From Octopus sinensis (taxonomy: Eukaryota), in assembly GCF_006345805.1 (NCBI RefSeq), contig NC_042998.1, positions 72,044,001 to 72,108,000 of the forward strand: a stretch of DNA of 64,000 nt, given 5' to 3'. Both the position numbers and the translations under genes were made by a program. The notes under the pieces were generated by a model, which ran no database searches, was not told where the DNA came from, and saw nothing but the letters and a program-made list of their open reading frames with translations. Below are positions 38,447 to 51,879 of the stretch, one piece after another; the stretch's first letter is position 1; each line of letters starts with the position of its first letter.

Positions 38447-38450
<4 letters not shown>
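38250..38450 (+). mobile_element. 3' half of the same SINE family, opposite orientation
   Basis: catcgcttgacagtcgatggtggtgtgtttacgtcccc...aagtactaggcttacaaag...ggccgcagtcaaatgactgaaac. Confidence 0.88.
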
Positions 38451-38488
<38 letters not shown>

Positions 38489-39299
38489 CTGGTGCTTGTG
38501 TGTTTGTGTGTGCACACATGCACACACACACACACATATCTTCTCAGAAATGTTTTGTTTAAATTATTTTCATGAAACTGTAGCTCATAAAATGAACAGT
38601 CTTTCTTTGACTTCATCTTCAATTATATTTCGAAATTTTGTGGCTGATGGGAGTGAATGAACTGAAGAGGGTAATATATGTAAGTCTCTTCCCTAAGCAT
38701 TCGTAGGTAATTTCTTTGATGTGGATAGACATTTTCAACGAAATATATTTATATTTGGATGTCAACTTTTAAACCACATATCGGTGTATTTCGTTAATCA
38801 CAGTTTGGTCAGCATATTGTTTTCTCTTTAATAATTGAGCTTTGTAAATTCAAATTCCTCTTGACAGGTTTTGAATTGATATGTTGCTCACCATTATATT
38901 GTGTCAGCTGAAATCTGTTAAATTTTGTAGCTCTATAAATCTATATCCTATAATCTTTAGCTACTAATTCAGTAGAGCTCCACGTCGCGTTATCTAAGTT
39001 GATGCATGATCAAAGTAGTTCCCGCTTGTCATGGCCATGACATGTTTAGAGCAAACAGCATATTGTTCTTTAACTTGTTAACAATTTTATTATAGGATAC
39101 AAGGGGTCTATGGCTCCTATTGCTCACAGATGAAGCAACTGTATAGAGGTTTTAAATGAGTATTTTGGGGCCTATGCTCCCTGTGCGTCTTAAATTTCAC
39201 CTGTTATTCGCATTTTCAAATATGAATTTATCAAAAAGCCAGCGCTCACCTTCCTTTTAATAATTATATTTTATATTCTCTTTGACTGATGTTCGTATA

Positions 39300-40150
39300 C
39301 TAGTCTTACACGATTCCAAGATTTACGCCTACCTACAGTGTTAAAACACCCTAGCTGGTTCAACATTATTGTGGTACTGTTAATATTTTCTGAATCATGT
39401 GCACATACTTTGTGATAAAACTATTTACATGAAGACTCGGATATTAAGACTATGATACTGATATTCGGAGCTGACAAACACTATACAGTAAAATCCCGTA
39501 CCGAAGAAACCTACTATACTCCAGAGACACTGGATATTTAAAATGAAATATTTTCTCACAACACCTAACAAATCCGAAGTTTTGTTTTCGTTGCGATAAA
39601 TCTATCAATTATTCTCCCTCGAGAGCATTTGATATATATGTAAGATGATTGCTGAAGTTTTGCTTTATTTTAATGCACGACGGAAAACTACATTTAATGC
39701 ATGGAACAATGTATGATTTTTACCTAAGAAAGTGTTTTATCATATTCATCATAAATATTTGACTGTTTATGTCTCTGTAAATTGTGATGTTTCAATACTG
39801 CACACATTTGTATGATGAATCATCTTTATATCTCTCGCAGGTGTTACATTCCTGCGCTTCATAATATATTGTACAAGTTTTCGTATTTCTTTTCCTTATG
39901 AACTGAAAGTTAAGAAGTGCTTGACGCAGAATACGCAGGATAAATATTACTTAGTTCCACATACCTTCTTAATTCATATAACACAATTCTTGTTAACTTC
40001 CATTATCTGCTAACACTAAATCAAATTCCCTGTAACTGCTACACATTACATACGTCATACATTTATTAAAAAACAAAATTACTCAATTGTATTTATTACG
40101 AAAGAAATTTTGATAATCATATATTCCTTTCTTATATTGATAAAGACTGA
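39300..40150 (+). mobile_element. Highly decayed PLE RT remnant
   Basis: LPTVLKHP, LYSKIP, HLTNPKFCF...SINY, VKKC fragments in the expected order. Confidence 0.3.
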
Positions 40151-41349
40151 AATAAGTCGTACTCAATATAAACAGCTGTTACTGACAGATAAGTGACACT
40201 TGTAGCATGTGGAATATATTTCTAATTGTGTTAGGTGTTTTTGTAATCACCAGCAGACATATCCTTTCACAAACCCGAGATTTGGCTCAGCGGAACATAC
40301 ATTACTTGTTCCAACCTTTAGGATACAATATAAGAAATCTACTTAGACATTCTTTCATCATGACTTTAGCTTGTGCGAGAAAGTGTATATTCTAATTCAA
40401 AAATCTTAGAATGATTGAATATCTAGAACTTTCTATTACATGTATATTTATTCTTTTACTTCTTTCAGTCATTTAACAGCGACCATGCTGAGGGACCGCT
40501 TTCACAAAAAATTGTTGTTTTTTGTATTCGTCAGCCACAAATCTTAGTATCACACACATTTACTGAGAAACATAAAAACTTTTACCTACGTACTTGACCT
40601 GCTAGAAACAACAACCAAATCCCCCTCAAATCAGCTACAAAGAGACATTCTTATGATGAAAATGAAACTTTACAACAATCTTAAGAATATGTAACTATTT
40701 TACAAAGTACATATTGAGTTTCATGAAAATGAAATAAAATATTTGAAAACTAAATCTTTTCTGTTCAATAGTATTAAAGAATTTATTAAGACGTCACTCA
40801 AAAAGACACTGACTGTCAATCTGATACATGCTACCCCCACTACAGGAAAATTTCAGGGAAATTGTTTTGGTGAAAGGAAACAAAAGATAAACAAATAAAT
40901 CGGTAAAAAAAATAAGCAATTAATTTATACAATTTATTCAGCATAGTGACACAAGCAAGGTTTAATTTATTATTTATTAGGAAAATATGGAAGCGAAGAT
41001 GTCAAAAGCAATATACTTTTTATTGTACAGGAAATAGTACTTAATAAGTATAATTTACATTAAATATATAATAAAGTAAAAGAAATTATATCTTTCCTAA
41101 TATTTACGATTCCTGAAGAAGTATTTGTAAAATTTATTTTAAAATCTTATCTGTTTATTCTTTGTAAAATCTGTATAAATAATACATGAATTTATTTGTT
41201 ATTGTTAAAAATGTTCCAAATTTGAGAATAAAGCATTAAAAGTATGCTAGTCAGTTTGTTAAGTGTCTACTGGAAACTCATTTTAAGCCACAATTTTCTG
41301 TTTGCGTAGAATTCTTTATTCATTTTTTTCTTTTCTTGCTACTCCCTTT

Positions 41350-42830
41350 CTAGATTCGCAGTTTGGCCAAGCACATTATTCCACGAATGGCTCCATATGA
41401 AAGGCTAACGCACCTTTTCTTTAAATAAAACAGCAAATATAAGAAGTTAGAGAATAAAAGAAAAGAAAAGAAAAATAATTATGACCAGCGTATGAAGCTC
41501 CCCGAACACCAGCTCACGAAACAATTTACTCAACCACAGAATCTGTATTTGTAAAAGCAGTGAGTACGCATCTTTTATTTAGGTTTTTGAAGGATAAACA
41601 GATTAGCAATGATAAAATATTTTCAAAGGCAATGACAATGTAACTTGGTTCAACATGCTGACTTACATACAGCAACACGACGAAAATGTCCTCGAAACAT
41701 TGCGAACGCATGTCTACACAAAATGAGGCACAACATACAGATGACAAAAGGATTCTCAAGAATGTGGAGTTAAGTAGAATGTTGAGTATTATTATCAACC
41801 ACGCAATATACATTCTCAAGACGAATGTTACAAAGTGTCATGGTATAGCTCAGTCCTTAAAATAGCAATGAATGCAACACATTACAACTGTGGATTCATA
41901 GGTGTATGTTAGCGTCGTTTTAATATACCAATATTCATGAGAGAATGTTGGGGAAGAATCCGATATAGCTATTTTCTGTAAATCTAGTGCAATCCATATT
42001 CAAGAAGCAGCAGATTCACTTGATGACCTACATCCAGAAACGTCTTCATATTCAAAAGTGTTAGGACCATGTGTGCCAAGAAATAAAACGGTGCTAACAG
42101 TTACTATTGACCTTCCTACTTAAAGAATTCCCGGAATTGTTTTTTAAAATTTTATTGCAACATGTCAGACGCACCATTCTCTCTACAAAACTCATTTTAC
42201 AATTCTGAATATCCAGATTAATACCGAATGTAGAGGGTTGCAGAATGTAATATAAAAGAAAAATTCTAATACTGTTACATTCTCCACTCTTCATTTTGCC
42301 ATGGTTTCAGCTCCCAAAACATATTTTGTTCAAGGACGGAAGAAACGTGGTAGAATAAATCAAAAAAGATGTTACACTTGCAATACACAGCGACTAGTGG
42401 CAAGTTGACAAGTATTCCGGAAGTTATAATTTGCATACAAATGAATTTGTTTTGCTTGCTGCATTGGAACCTGATAGCGAATGAGAAACGCAGCAGAAAT
42501 GGAAGAATGTCCTCATGTTCGAAAATAAGACAGTCACCAAATTCTTCAAATATTTAGAATTTTGGTCGAGTATAAAACTGCATGAAATATCTATATTTTC
42601 GCTTTCCTTTGTGAAATACATCGGCGGCTTCTCAATATATTAAAGCTAAAAAACTATACATATTATATATTTTCAACCTTATTCCTCCGGGTTATGAAGA
42701 AAGCGGCTTCACATTTGTTGCATTATGGATACCCTCTCTTCGAGAAGTTATGCATTAGAGATCTAGATGTTAAACCCAATCAGGAAGCCACACGAATAGA
42801 TCTGTCTGGAATTGCCTTTTCAGTCTGACT
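41350..42830 (+). pseudogene. Decayed hAT (Buster/Charlie-like) transposase
   Basis: GNDNVT (SNDTV-like), WIHRCMLAS (HCxIHRxxLAS), HPETSSYSKVL (HTEVRWLSRGKVL-like), EFWSSI, YEESGFT (YLCESGFS), RDLDVK...RIDLS, in correct order with many stops. Confidence 0.55.
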
Positions 42831-43931
42831 CTGTCGTTAAGAAGACCGCTTAATTACCATGTGTTTCCGAGTTCAGTCCCACTGCTCTTAATTGGGCAAG
42901 TTTCTTCTACTATTGCCCCAGGAAGACGAATTTGAGAGACAGAAACGCAGTGGATGTTCTCTTTATATAATTTTGATGCTTTTTCCGTACTGCTTGTCTT
43001 TAAGAAATCGCAACGGTGCTGTTGTTGTCTTCAAAAACGAATGCAAAATATTAATTTAATACTAGAAATTGACAAGATGTATTTGAAGCATAATAACGTT
43101 CAGCTCAGCTGTATATATTCACCTATGTTTCTTTTGTATCATTCACTTATTGTATTTTACGTTCTTGTACTCTTGCTTAAAGTTAACACATGAAACCTCT
43201 ACTAAATACACTAATTTTCGCTTTCTAAACGAAAACCGTTCCTATTGAACGAAATGGAATCGAAATCATAGAGTAGAAACATAACCCTTTATATCTTTAT
43301 CTGGTATGACCGGAATAATATTTCTAGGCCCTATTGTTACAGTTATCTGTGATGCATTATAGATTACTGTACTCCTGTCTTGAGAAACGAAAAGTAAATT
43401 TCCGAAGCTATGAATCTATAATCAAACATCGATTCATTTTTTGGTTTTCATGATACTTTCTGCGTTGAGAAACGCAGCATAGCATTTTTATTGAAGCTTG
43501 TACTTCATGAAGCAAATCATGATTGAAATACCACTGTCTTGGTGGAAACTCCTATGCTACTAAGAATATATAATCATTTGTCAACACTTCCTATTGCATT
43601 AAATAGATTCAGTAATAAAAGAGTCACGGTGCGAGAACTGTGCTCAACAGAATTAATTGGATCGCACATAAATAGTTTTAGTGGTACTAGTTACTATTGC
43701 TTCAAAAATATATTGAAAATATTTAGATGAATTAACCAGTATAAAATACGCTTCAAATTTAGGCATCAAACTAGACCTACTATTTCACTGAATTAATAAA
43801 ATCAAAGGTACAACTGAAATATTAAATACTATGTGTAACTTGAGTTTTGGATAATTCTTTCATTTTATTCTTGGAAGTCGTGATGACTTTCTTTTCCTTT
43901 GTCCATTTTTATACAATATACACGAATATTA

Positions 43932-44038
43932 ACTGAGAGAGATTTAGACCGAGAGGGATTTAGACTGAGAAGATTTAGGCGGAGAAGGATTTAGACTGAG
44001 ACTGATTTAGACTGAGACTGATTTAGACTGAGAGGGAT
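43932..44038 (+). repeat. Minisatellite, ~16-bp unit ACTGAGANNGATTTAG, about 7 copies
   Basis: Direct reading of the tandem units. Confidence 0.9.
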
Positions 44039-45510
44039 GAAGATGGGTTTCGACATCCCCTCTGATATAGACACAGCTTAGTTTCGATGGTGATTCCAGT
44101 TAAACCTTGAAGTTACAATTTGCAAAAAGAATCAATACAATGAATATAGATATGAGCCACCTAGCTGCTTTGCTGAAAGTGGGTTGTAGCTTACATCAAC
44201 CTTGTTCTTGTTTTTGAGAAATACGAGAAATAGGTTAGCGCTTAGAGTAACAGTAGCTATCGAATAGATTAAATAATGGAAATATTTTGATAGATTAGAT
44301 AATGAAAGTAATTATTCGTTATTATACCTGCTGAATTTCATTGCTTCTGTTGAAAAGTTACGTTGCGAGGGTGATATGTTTAGATTAACGCAAAACAATA
44401 AAGAAAATTGAAAAAGAGATCGCTTTCAACAATTTGTTCGTATGTTTTATAAATGATTTATGTCCATTAATTCAATCTAAATATTTAGAGGACGCATTTA
44501 GAATTTCAAATTAAACTAAGCACATAATTCATCACAAAATTAGATCTGCTGATAAAATATAGATTGTTCACTGTATGTGAGATATATTCGTGATATAGCT
44601 ACAAAAATATTTTTGTTTTGAGACTTAGCTGATCAGAATCGAATAAGTTACCTTATGCATAATTAAAGAGCATAGAATAAAATAAAAATAATACTTAACG
44701 TCCATAATATAAATAAATATAAAATAGATACTTAATGGATATTTCGTTATCTTATTGGAACACACAATCACGCGAGGTTATATTTATATTTAGATAATGT
44801 CTAGAAGCTATTTTGAGCTTCTAAATGATTGGTTTGCTTTTAGCCAGAATAGTGGTGAAATATCAAGAGAAGTGAATCATTCTCAATAGACAGTGAATTT
44901 AAATTAAAACTTTCTATACATTACCCGATTTAACAACTATTTAATGTATGTATAGTGTATAGAATTTGAAGGAATACGTGATGCAAAATATTAGATATTT
45001 ATTAAAGTTGACGAGGATAATACAAAATGCTAAAATAAATAATAGTTATATAATTATATTATATATTTGTTATTATATGACTCAGAAGTAGAAAGTAATT
45101 CTAAAATGTTTGCAAATTTTGTGCACATATAAAATACGTGATTTTATGACACTGGCTCTTTGAAAATTAGCAGTAGAACTTTCATCATGAGAATCAGTGC
45201 CCAAATTATTTACAACGTATCGAAGTTTAACGAGACCAAAGCAGTTGTTCCAAAAATGGAATTAATCTGTGTAGAAAACCTTCAACAAACAATGCCTCAT
45301 AAGTGATAATTAGTACTGAAAAGAATTAGAGGATACGAATATTTCGAATTATGGCTTCCGTAATCGGCATCTGAGAAGCATGAATTTATGAACAGATTTC
45401 TCTCTCTCTTTCTCTGTCCATATGCATGATTGTAACCAGAAAAAAATCCCCAGAAATATCAGAAGATGGATTTTGTACAACGGTTACTTAAGAAATTATT
45501 ATTATTTATT

Positions 45511-45684
45511 GTCTTTGCACAACTTCTAACGCTGGAGATGTACTATGGTGCCAGCTGATTACTAAGAGTGAACTAACGTAACGCCCCTTATTTTTCGAGC
45601 ACCATCCGGAGTATTCGTGCGTTTCCAAGCAGTGAGGTTTTCTGAAAGTGCGTCACCCTTATTGCAGCCCCTATTTGTTTCATT
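45511..45684 (-). mobile_element. R4/Dong-type retrotransposon extreme 3' end in (TTA)n
   Basis: Minus strand KQIGAAIRVTHFQKTSLLGNARILRMVLEK* followed by a short UTR running into aataataat. Confidence 0.8.
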
Positions 45685-45830
45685 CATTATTATTATTATT
45701 ATTATTATATATTATTATTATTATTATATTATTATTATATTATTATTATATATTATTATTATCATTATTATTATTATTATTTTATTATTATTATTATTAT
45801 TATCATTGTTATTATTATTATTATTATATT

Positions 45831-46394
45831 GAGTGAGAGAGCAGTGACACTGGGGTAAAATATACGAAGCCCAGTATGCCCATCATGACAACCCGTCTGA
45901 TAAGGGTACACTAGGCACATGCATCGCAACCATATGTGCGCGACATGGTGATCTCATATCAAAATAAACAGCACATGACATTGCAGGTGGGGCCCAGTTA
46001 GAATTGTCTTCAGGTCGAGTAACCCATCCCACTCGAAAGGTCCCTGAATAAGGGTTGTTTAAGGATGTTGAACGAAACACCCATGTCTCCAGAGGTGAAT
46101 TATTCAAACCCCAAAGAATCCCTCTCAACACATGGTTATGATGCTCCCCCACTACTTCTGCTCGTGATCAGAGATGCACATATCGTCAGCCACTAAGGGA
46201 CATGCTCAACTGGTTAAAGTCAAACAACTGACAAGCAAATCTGTGGTATTGAGCAGAATATTTGCTGTAGCCCATCTTTTATACCAAGACAAAACAATGT
46301 GCATGATAACACTTCCAGTCAGTTAAGATCAGAAGCCATGAGATCCACTGCCTGGTACTGCATCCGGGCATTGCCTGGTACTGCATCAGGGCAT
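45831..46394 (-). mobile_element. ~560-bp non-coding element flanked by (TTA)n on both sides
   Basis: Complex, more GC-rich block with sharp borders inside (TTA)n; terminal 23-bp tandem duplication tgcctggtactgcatc.gggcat. Orientation is inferred. Confidence 0.6.
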
Positions 46395-46415
46395 TTATTA
46401 TTATTATTATTATTA

Positions 46416-46477
<62 letters not shown>

Positions 46478-46490
46478 TATTATTATATTA

Positions 46491-46528
<38 letters not shown>

Positions 46529-46550
46529 CATCATTATTATTATTATTATT

Positions 46551-46890
46551 ATTTGTTTGAGTTTTGCTTTGTATTTGTACAACTTGTCTCCAACTTTCAC
46601 CCAGATACATCAAGAGAAAGTTAGAAGTTGATGTTAATGTTATGCCTAGGGTGTCATATACTGAGTTTTGCACATAGAATTGTTCGAGAGAATATTTAAG
46701 AAAACATAAGAAAATAATGAGTTTGTTTTAAAATTTGAGATTACATAGTATTTTACGTAGTCTATGGGAAGATCATATAAGTACTATCCTTTGAATTTCT
46801 GCCATTTTGTTGTTTTCTAGTATCTGAGCTAGGTAGGAATCACCCCCTCTAGCTATCATTCGTAGGGCACCTATGTGAACAGGTATTGTT

Positions 46891-46893
<3 letters not shown>
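46551..46893 (-). mobile_element. Second R4/Dong-type 3' end abutting (TTA)n
   Basis: Minus strand ITIPVHIGALRMI...AEIQRIVLI*SSHRLRKIL, then a UTR ending in (AAT)n. Confidence 0.8.
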
Positions 46894-46968
<75 letters not shown>

Positions 46969-47444
46969 CTCTGGAATCGCTAAGAGATCACACCCTCAAC
47001 GATGAGAGTTGTGAGAACATCAGGGAAATGAGGTGAATGATGTTGCCAGCGGAGCCGACTCGGCACCAGACAACCTGGCCTCTTTTGAGTGATCAGATGA
47101 TATATGTACTCAACTACCCGTGACCCGTTGGGTCACTTGAGAAGTTTGAGTTTTCCAGCAACGGAGTTTTGTTTCGTGTGATTTGTATTATTTTGCATGC
47201 TTTCAACGAATGTTATATCGAAATCGCGCGTATGCAGCTACTTTCCCAAGAAAAGGGAAGATTTGTCTGCTATTTCTTGCACCCCTGGAAGTGAGACACA
47301 TTGCTGCACTCGTGAAAAACCTATGGAAGAAATTCCCCACTGCGGTTACGAACGGGTCCGTTAGGAAATATGTAGGCCCAAAAATATTTTGTATAGTATT
47401 CACTTCGAGATAAATTCAAAAATCATTACATATATATGTATGCA

Positions 47445-47479
<35 letters not shown>

Positions 47480-47510
47480 TATATACGCATGCATGTACAT
47501 ATATATATAT

Positions 47511-47544
<34 letters not shown>

Positions 47545-47574
47545 CATCCATACATACATACATATATATATGTT

Positions 47575-48415
47575 TCCTCACAACCATCTGCGCAGACCGA
47601 CCACCTGCGTACCTGAGAGTTCGAAGAGGTCCTTATTTATCGCCGTTGTGCAGGTCTTCAGCTGCCCGCCCGTACGTTTGCGCCAGCTGGGAAGTGGAGG
47701 TGAGAGGAGGACATCGCGAATCACCTTACCCTCTGGACACCGGGCCGCATGACCGAACCACCTTAATTGCCGTTGTAGAAGCACCGAAAGGAGGGGCCGG
47801 GGATTCAGGCGACGACGAAGACCGGCTGTAGGAAACCGATCAATGCGTCGGCAGCGAAGAATGCGGCGGAGACAGTCATTGTCGAACACCTCCAGCCCTC
47901 GCTGATCGACTACTCTCATAGGCCATATTTCACAACCATAGATGAGGATAGCACGAACGACGGCCTGGTAGATTCGCCCTTTGGTCACTGAGGAGATCTC
48001 TCCCCTGTCCCGCAGTCACCGCCGGAGGCGTGCAAATGCGGATCTGGCAGCACCTATGCTACACTCGACCTCGGATACGCCCTGGCCCGTTGGAACCACC
48101 GTTGAACCCAGGTAAACGAAGGACTCCACATCCTCCAGCTCCACGCCCTCGAGAACAATTGTTTGCCATTCATCTGCTGTGACCAGAGACGTCATCACTT
48201 TGGTCTTGCCAGCATTGATCCAAAGACAATCAGCTGCCGTTGCTGCATGCACCCTTTCGAGAGCATCTTGGACATCTGCCCGGTTAGAGACCAAGAGCGC
48301 GATGTCATCTGCGTAGGCCAGGTCCGTGACCACAGATCCTCTCCCAGCCTCTACGCTTGGGTAGTCCCGAAGCGCAGTGTTGAGAATGTAATCGATGGCG
48401 CAATTGAATAGGGTT
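47575..48415 (-). mobile_element. RTE-type LINE RT C-terminal fragment, 5'-truncated, GC-rich
   Basis: LFNCAIDYIL, DLAYADDIALL, INAGKTKVM, LEDVESFVYLGS, KGRIYQAVVRAILIYGCEIW, FDNDCLRRIL, QLRWFGHAAR. Confidence 0.93.
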
Positions 48416-48562
48416 ATTGAAAAAGTTACACATGCATAAGTGTATGCATATGTTCATTTACATTACGACATAAGTTTATCAATACATCCACAAATACTCC
48501 AATTAGGGTACTAATCAGATATCTATTTTTATACCTTTATTAACGCGGGTACTCCAATATAT

Positions 48563-49270
48563 ATATATATATATATACACATGCATACATACATACATAT
48601 ATACACACATAGATATATACATACATACATAAATACATACATACATACATACATATATACATAGAGAGTCAACCCAGTCCGAATCCTCATCCTGAACTTC
48701 ATATATCTATATATGTGTATATTCATTTTCAAAATATCTGTGAAGATATCTACAAAGAATCTATTGAATCCTCCGTCTTTTGTCATATATACGCATACAA
48801 GTATGAGCACATTTTCATACACACGCACATATATATATATATATCCTAACTTATGATTATACTTGCATACTCGGATCACTATGAGTATAACCGAATATGC
48901 ATATACATATGTACATATATATATATATTATATATATATACACATGCATACATACATACATATATACACACATAGATATATACATACATACATAAATACA
49001 TACATACATACATACATATATACATAGAGAGTCAACCCAGTCCGAATCCTCATCCTGAACTTCATATATCTATATATGTGTATATTCATTTTCAAAATAT
49101 CTGTGACGATATCTACAAAGAATCTATTGAATCCTCCGTCTTTTGCCATATATACGCATACAAGTATGAGCACATTTATACACACACATATATATATATA
49201 TCCTAACTTACGATTATACTTGCATACTCGGTTCACTATGAGTATAACCAATATGCATATACATATCTAC
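48563..49270 (+). repeat. Tandem duplication, ~363-bp period
   Basis: gagagtcaacccagtccgaatcc...cactatgagtataacc at 48664 and 49027; the internal microsatellite pattern is also duplicated. Confidence 0.92.
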
Positions 49271-51149
49271 ATATATATATACACACACACACACTTACAG
49301 GCACACACATACATGCTCGCATACACATATATGTGTGTGCACATACATTTACACGTACAGATATGTGTACAAAAATAACGGCAATATATATACTCACACA
49401 TACATATATTTATGCACACAACCAAAACAAACTCACTATATATATACATTCATCTATATACCTGTACATATATAGCATATGATATAACAGAGCAATAACA
49501 ACAGCACGGATAATTAATATGCCAGTAGGAGTTTCATTACTAGATACTAGTATTATTTGAAGAAAGTATGCCTATTTTTATGAAGACAGGATTCGTTACG
49601 TTCATTAGGACCGTTTATAAGCGGAAGTTTGGCTTTAATTACAAAGACAATTTCATTAATACATAACATACATTTTCTATGTCTAATACTATACGCTAAT
49701 GCTGTTGTTAAGATTTTCCAATGTACTTTATAGTTTATTTCCTCATCCTTAAGGTCCTATATAGAGTCACTTAATCTTGTAGTGTTCCATCTATTTCTGT
49801 TTCTAACAGTATACCTGTGGTGATTCAGCTTCTGTTTCATATTGTTTTTCTTCGCTCTCATATATATTTTACGTACGTATGTATGTATGTATTTATGTAT
49901 GTATGTATATGCGTGTGTGTTTTCTGAATACATATAGTTATATGTATATATGTATGTATGCATACATGTATGCATGTATGTATGTATCTATGTATCTATT
50001 CCATTGTTAAAATGCGAATGGTGTTATCCTAAATCTTAACTGATATATGTTTACTGCTGAAACCATATTTTTATAAGAAATGGTTTAGAAAACATAAAAG
50101 ATCACGAAGGCGTTTACAGATAAATATCTACTGAAAATAGTGAGGAAAATAGAAAAAAATTCGGAGAAAACAATCTATTTCTTTAGGAGAGTTGACAAGA
50201 ATATTATACCGTCAAGTAATAGAATGCAGTATCAATTTATAAAATTGCTGAAACTTACGGCTTGATTTTGGCTTGCAACGTACTCTAATCTCAGTATAAA
50301 ACGCATAAATTAAGAAAAATTCTTATACGGTGTATCATATTCCCTTTCACCCTCTATTTATATTTTCGTTTTGTATTTTTTCGTTTTGCATATCTTTTAT
50401 TCAGTGACTTTCTCTTTGTAAAACATGACTTACCCCTGTACATTTTTTCTCGGACTACACATGTGTTTACAGATTGGTTCTTGATTAGTTTTACTGACCT
50501 ATATAAACCAAAATCTAAACATGTACCTATACATATGTTTGACAGTTTATATGCGAAGCACTCAGTAAAACCAAAATCTATTAGGCAAGTATAAAGAAAA
50601 GTCTGTAGTAATAAAGGCATCAGTTGTTTGAAATAATCGGCAGCGAAACACTTACGAAACAACGGTGAAATATTTCAGCTACGTCTGCAGTTAATGTTTA
50701 AAATGAACAGATTATTTTTATATCATGTGTAGATTTTTATATGCTTCTAGCTACAAAGAGGCCCACCTATGCAAACATGTGCACACACATACATGTGGGC
50801 GCAGATATATACGAAAATTCTTCCATATATACGTGAAGATATGTATATGTGTGTGTAAAAAACATATACACTCATACACACATTTACATATATACACATT
50901 GAATATACACTGCTAAGATAACGTAACATTCACAATAACAAAAAATCTAACACGTCCATTTAAAGCTATTTCGTAGACACATTTATTTTTTCGTGTGTTT
51001 CTCTCGGATTATACAATATTATTATATCGATATTGTAATTCACTTAAGCATATATCACTCTATCACATCATTTTCAAGTAATCACATCCCACTGTGTGAT
51101 CGATAGTATAATATATTAAAAGATAAATTTTATCATATACAGATATTTG

Positions 51150-51800
51150 GCATATAGTGTTCCCATTTATTCCTAGCAAAACCTACTTTACGTTATTTTT
51201 TTTTACGTTTCTGTGACGCTGAAAGCCTATTCCGTTGTGGGTTCATCATATTTAGAGTCTAATTTCATTTCATAAAGACATATAAGTAGCTACTTTCAGA
51301 TATTCTGCCGCAATGGGTTTTTGAACATTTATTGTCTTCTTGGTTGAACCATGATTATCAATCCCGTCCACCTACAAATCTATATCTCTAAAATATATTG
51401 ATCCTTCCAATTGCAATTTCCAGAAGAGAATGGAGAAATTGGTGTGAACTCATATATAAAAGTACATTCGTAAAATTTTCTCCAGTAAAGGACGATAACA
51501 TCTATGAATATTTTATTCACTATATGGAATTTCCAAGCATTATTTTAGTTTAGATCAACCGCGTATATTTAATACATTCAATATACATAACAATACATAT
51601 AAGTTGTATGACCTAATGATGTGGAAGTGAGTTGGAACAGAGATATTTATTTGAAATATCCATCACCGGGTTTGCATTACCTTAAGTAATAAAACTGTTT
51701 GTAATAAAGTCTTTGACTAAAGTTTTGGGAGATTAAAATGTTTCTATCCACAGTCGTATATTTTACTCTTACTACACGATTACACTGCAGTTTCTATGCT
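51150..51800 (-). mobile_element. Highly decayed PLE remnant
   Basis: Minus-strand CKP..., KYLCSNSLPHH (QYL.F.S.HP.H-like) and EIRL.I..THNGI (RE..WI..L.T..P.G-like). Confidence 0.3.
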
Positions 51801-51879
51801 ACAAAGTAACCTGAAATGAGCCATATCACACAAATACACATAGTCCCACATGCACGCACACACACACGCATACGCACGC

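Noticed and set aside
41526-41819. Hydrophobic minus-strand ORF suggestive of a GPCR or chemoreceptor exon
   Set aside because: No receptor motifs; the opposite strand carries ordered hAT transposase motifs.
43932-44038. CRISPR array or telomeric repeat
   Set aside because: No spacers and no TTAGGG units; eukaryotic minisatellite.
46150-46240. HDV-like ribozyme on the minus strand of the 560-bp element
   Set aside because: A P1-like pairing (gtcagt/gctgac) exists, but the L3 consensus and a P2 partner could not be found.
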